Source: Callorhinchus milii (taxonomy: Eukaryota). Taken from it: a DNA stretch of 64,000 nucleotides. Below the pieces are notes generated by a model. The model was not told the origin of the DNA, did not search any database, and saw only the letters and a list, made by a program, of their open reading frames with translations. Every line of letters starts with the position of its first letter. Position 1 is the first letter of the stretch. The translations under genes were made by a program, and so were the position numbers. The stretch lies in contig NW_024704760.1 in assembly GCF_018977255.1 (NCBI RefSeq), positions 6,758,001 to 6,822,000 on the forward strand, read 5' to 3'. Below are positions 61,256 to 64,000 of the stretch, in pieces.

Positions 61256-64000
61256 AGAGGTCCCGTCTGCCTGGTCAGATTTAAGCCCCACGTTTGGGAC
61301 ATTGAGCTCGTATTCTAGACTGATGCTTCATTGCAATGTTGGGGTGACGTTGCTTCTCAGAAGTGCCATTCTTCAGATAAGGTATTATTTATTGAGTACT
61401 GTCTGTTCAGGTAGACGTTAAAAGATCCCATGGCACTATTAGAAATGAGAAGTTTCTCATCCCGGGCAACACTTCCCCAAATAAAATGAATCATTCACTT
61501 CATCAGTGTTTGCCGCTTGCTCCATGGAACTGTCTTTCAAAATCTCTCCACCTCCTTTCCTCCCTCTGCTTTCAAAACCCATCTAAAAACCTATCCCTCC
61601 ACAACCTCTCCGCAGTCATCTTCCAGCTCAGGCTCTCACTCTTGAGACATTCTGCGCCAAATGCACTGCGCAAGTGTGAATTGCTGGAAAAAAACTCAGA
61701 TCGTGAGCTTGATATCTCGGTTGAATTATAGCAGATTAACTACGGTACTACAAGAGTTAAGGCCAGAACCATCTACAAAGACTCCCATCAAAGGGTTCTC
61801 AGCAGATGCTTCATTAGCCCTGCAGCGCTGCTAGCAGTTTCCGGGTGACAGCATGGCAAGATAAATGAGGTGAGCTCCCTCTAAGGTGTGAAGTGTGCGC
61901 TGGAGGAATAGAGTTTGGGGAAAGTTGCTTCTCACTGATTGCAGCAGGGCCACCTGCTGTTTTTTAACCGAGGATGATCTAAATATTCATTGTGCCCTTT
62001 AGCGCTAGTTTTTATATCGTTGGCCCAGAAAATGAAATTGTAAATGCAATTTCACTTGCAAAAACATTGCCTAAGCTTTCCCCAGATCGCCTTTAATGAG
62101 ACTCGAGTCTCTACTGGATATCAAAGTGTTTATTAGGATGGTGCAGAATGATTCACCAAACAATTTTTACAGCTACGCTGAGGTTTGGGGAGGGAGGGAA
62201 GACATAAAGCCACTTGCTATAACTTGCTGCGTTTAATGCCTGCAGTTTCATCCACATGGCCTTTGTGTGTGGTGGAGTGGTGAAAGCTTTATAATATTTA
62301 CCAGTATTTTTTCAAATAAACTCAAATGCTCTTTTCTAGGACCTAATCACAAGAGAGGTGCCCTATTTCGGATGAAATGTGGAAGTTAAAGATCCCATCA
62401 CACTATTCGAAAAGAAAAGGGAGTTTCTCCCGGTGTCCTCGACAAGAAATCCCACAACTAAAATCGGTCACTCACTCCATGTCTATCTGGTACACCGCTG
62501 TGCACAATTACCTGCCGCGTTTCACCACAAAATAATCATTCAATCCACTTTATAGTATATCCTGTGAAGCACTTTGAGTCGTCTCGACAACGTAATAAGG
62601 CGCTATATCAAATGCTCTAAGACACTACCCCGTGTTGTATTAAATACTAATGGACTCAGACAGTGTGCTGCCATAGGACATTATTTCAGTTTCTTGCAAA
62701 GTTCTTACACATTAGTTTCTCACCAAGTCTGTTATGTGCACTCGTGAAGACTGGTTTGGTTGCATGATAATTAGCTATATTTGCAAAACAATTAGCATAA
62801 CTCAACAAGATGACAAATCTTGAGGGTGAAGGATTTATATTCTGTCCAGCACTGGAACCTGGTGGGGTGGAAAGTGAGGACAAAGCGGGAAGAGGGAGTG
62901 TGGGGGTGTGGAGATTTTTTTCCAGTGAGGGGTTGGAGATGGAGGTGGGTTGGGTGGCAGGGAGGCGGATGGAGGAGTTGAGAGGGCTTTGTCGGTGATG
63001 GTGATGTCCAAGACCATGAGGCCCCAGGTAGGATAAGCTATGGGTCTTATAGAGGCACGTTATGTCAGAGACAGAGGCTTACCAAACAGGCTGTTGTCTA
63101 TCACCCATTTTGTAATTCTCTATTAAAGGAGATAACTGGATATGCATCACCACAAGCCCTACATATGCACCTCAGAAGGAACCAGCTGCAGAAGGAAGGC
63201 CAGATTTCATCGTCTAGATTCTTTCACCTGCAATTTAGCATGCTCACTTTTTGTTCTGCATTCCTCAAGCCTTTTCTTCTCTTTGTTTGCTCTTTTGGGT
63301 GAAACGTTACATTATTTTCAGCTGAATAAAAGTATGAGGCATCAAGTGATATGGCAAGAATCGGATAATTGCATTAAGTGGCACAAGTGTTTGGTGTGTT
63401 TTGTTGGAAAACACAGCTCTGCACACGTATAAATCCATGGTTATACGGTGAGAATTCAGAGCTGAAATAAGCATTTCACAATGTAATTTTGAAAAGCCAA
63501 GGATGCAATGGTAACAGTAATTCCTTAAATCCTCCTCCATTCCTAGGAGTTTGTATTTCAAATTAGTATTCATGTTTGTTGATAATTTTTGAGGTACTTT
63601 GAAGTGCGGTGGGTAAGAATATACTTTGTTATCTTGATTTTAAATTGGTCTGTCTTGTTGGGAAGTCAAACATAAGTTATTAATGGGCATGTCTAGTCAG
63701 ATAACACATGGATATATGTAATTTGGGCAGCAATAGGACTAAATTACATAACGTTAATCTCACAGGAATTTGCCCACAAAACATGCCTGAAGGGGAAATG
63801 ACTACAATAGGCTAGACAGAAAATAGAAATTTGCATTTGGCATATTAAATGAACTGCGGTCGCACATGGAATTTCTGTAAACAAACATCGGTTAACCGTG
63901 TTTGAAGGTAAACATTGATTGCAGAATCTTGCATCATAACTGTCCGCCTCATGTGGCTAAATGTATATGGACAAGAGGCTCCAAAAAAGTAAATATGTTT

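Overview
Vertebrate genomic DNA, most likely a cartilaginous fish (holocephalan/chimaera-like, inferred from the tRNA/Deu-domain SINE, L2, CR1 and Penelope-like repeat landscape). Three spliced protein-coding genes are reconstructed from the sequence: GPR37L1 (+, 2 coding exons, 16011-20639, 522 aa), ARL8A (-, coding exons 2-7 at 33840-41052; coding exon 1 is missing and probably lies in the 132-N gap at 48644-48775) and UBE2T/FANCT (+, 6 coding exons, 56212-60150, with a probable non-coding first exon near 54650-54705). The rest is intron/intergenic DNA dense in SINEs, LINE tails and microsatellites. No prokaryote-type system is present and I cannot claim a wholly new biological system. The best observations are: a 19-nt insertion in the last UBE2T exon, copied from the gene's own upstream intron, that introduces a premature stop and removes a basic NLS-like tail; hammerhead-ribozyme-like motifs in Penelope-type repeats (one in a 93-bp-arm hairpin inside ARL8A intron 1); an 18x30-bp minisatellite born from a SINE A-box head; GC-shifted SINE copies beside both CpG-island promoters; and a head-less inverted SINE pair. 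Repeat boundaries are approximate; exon boundaries were counted by hand.
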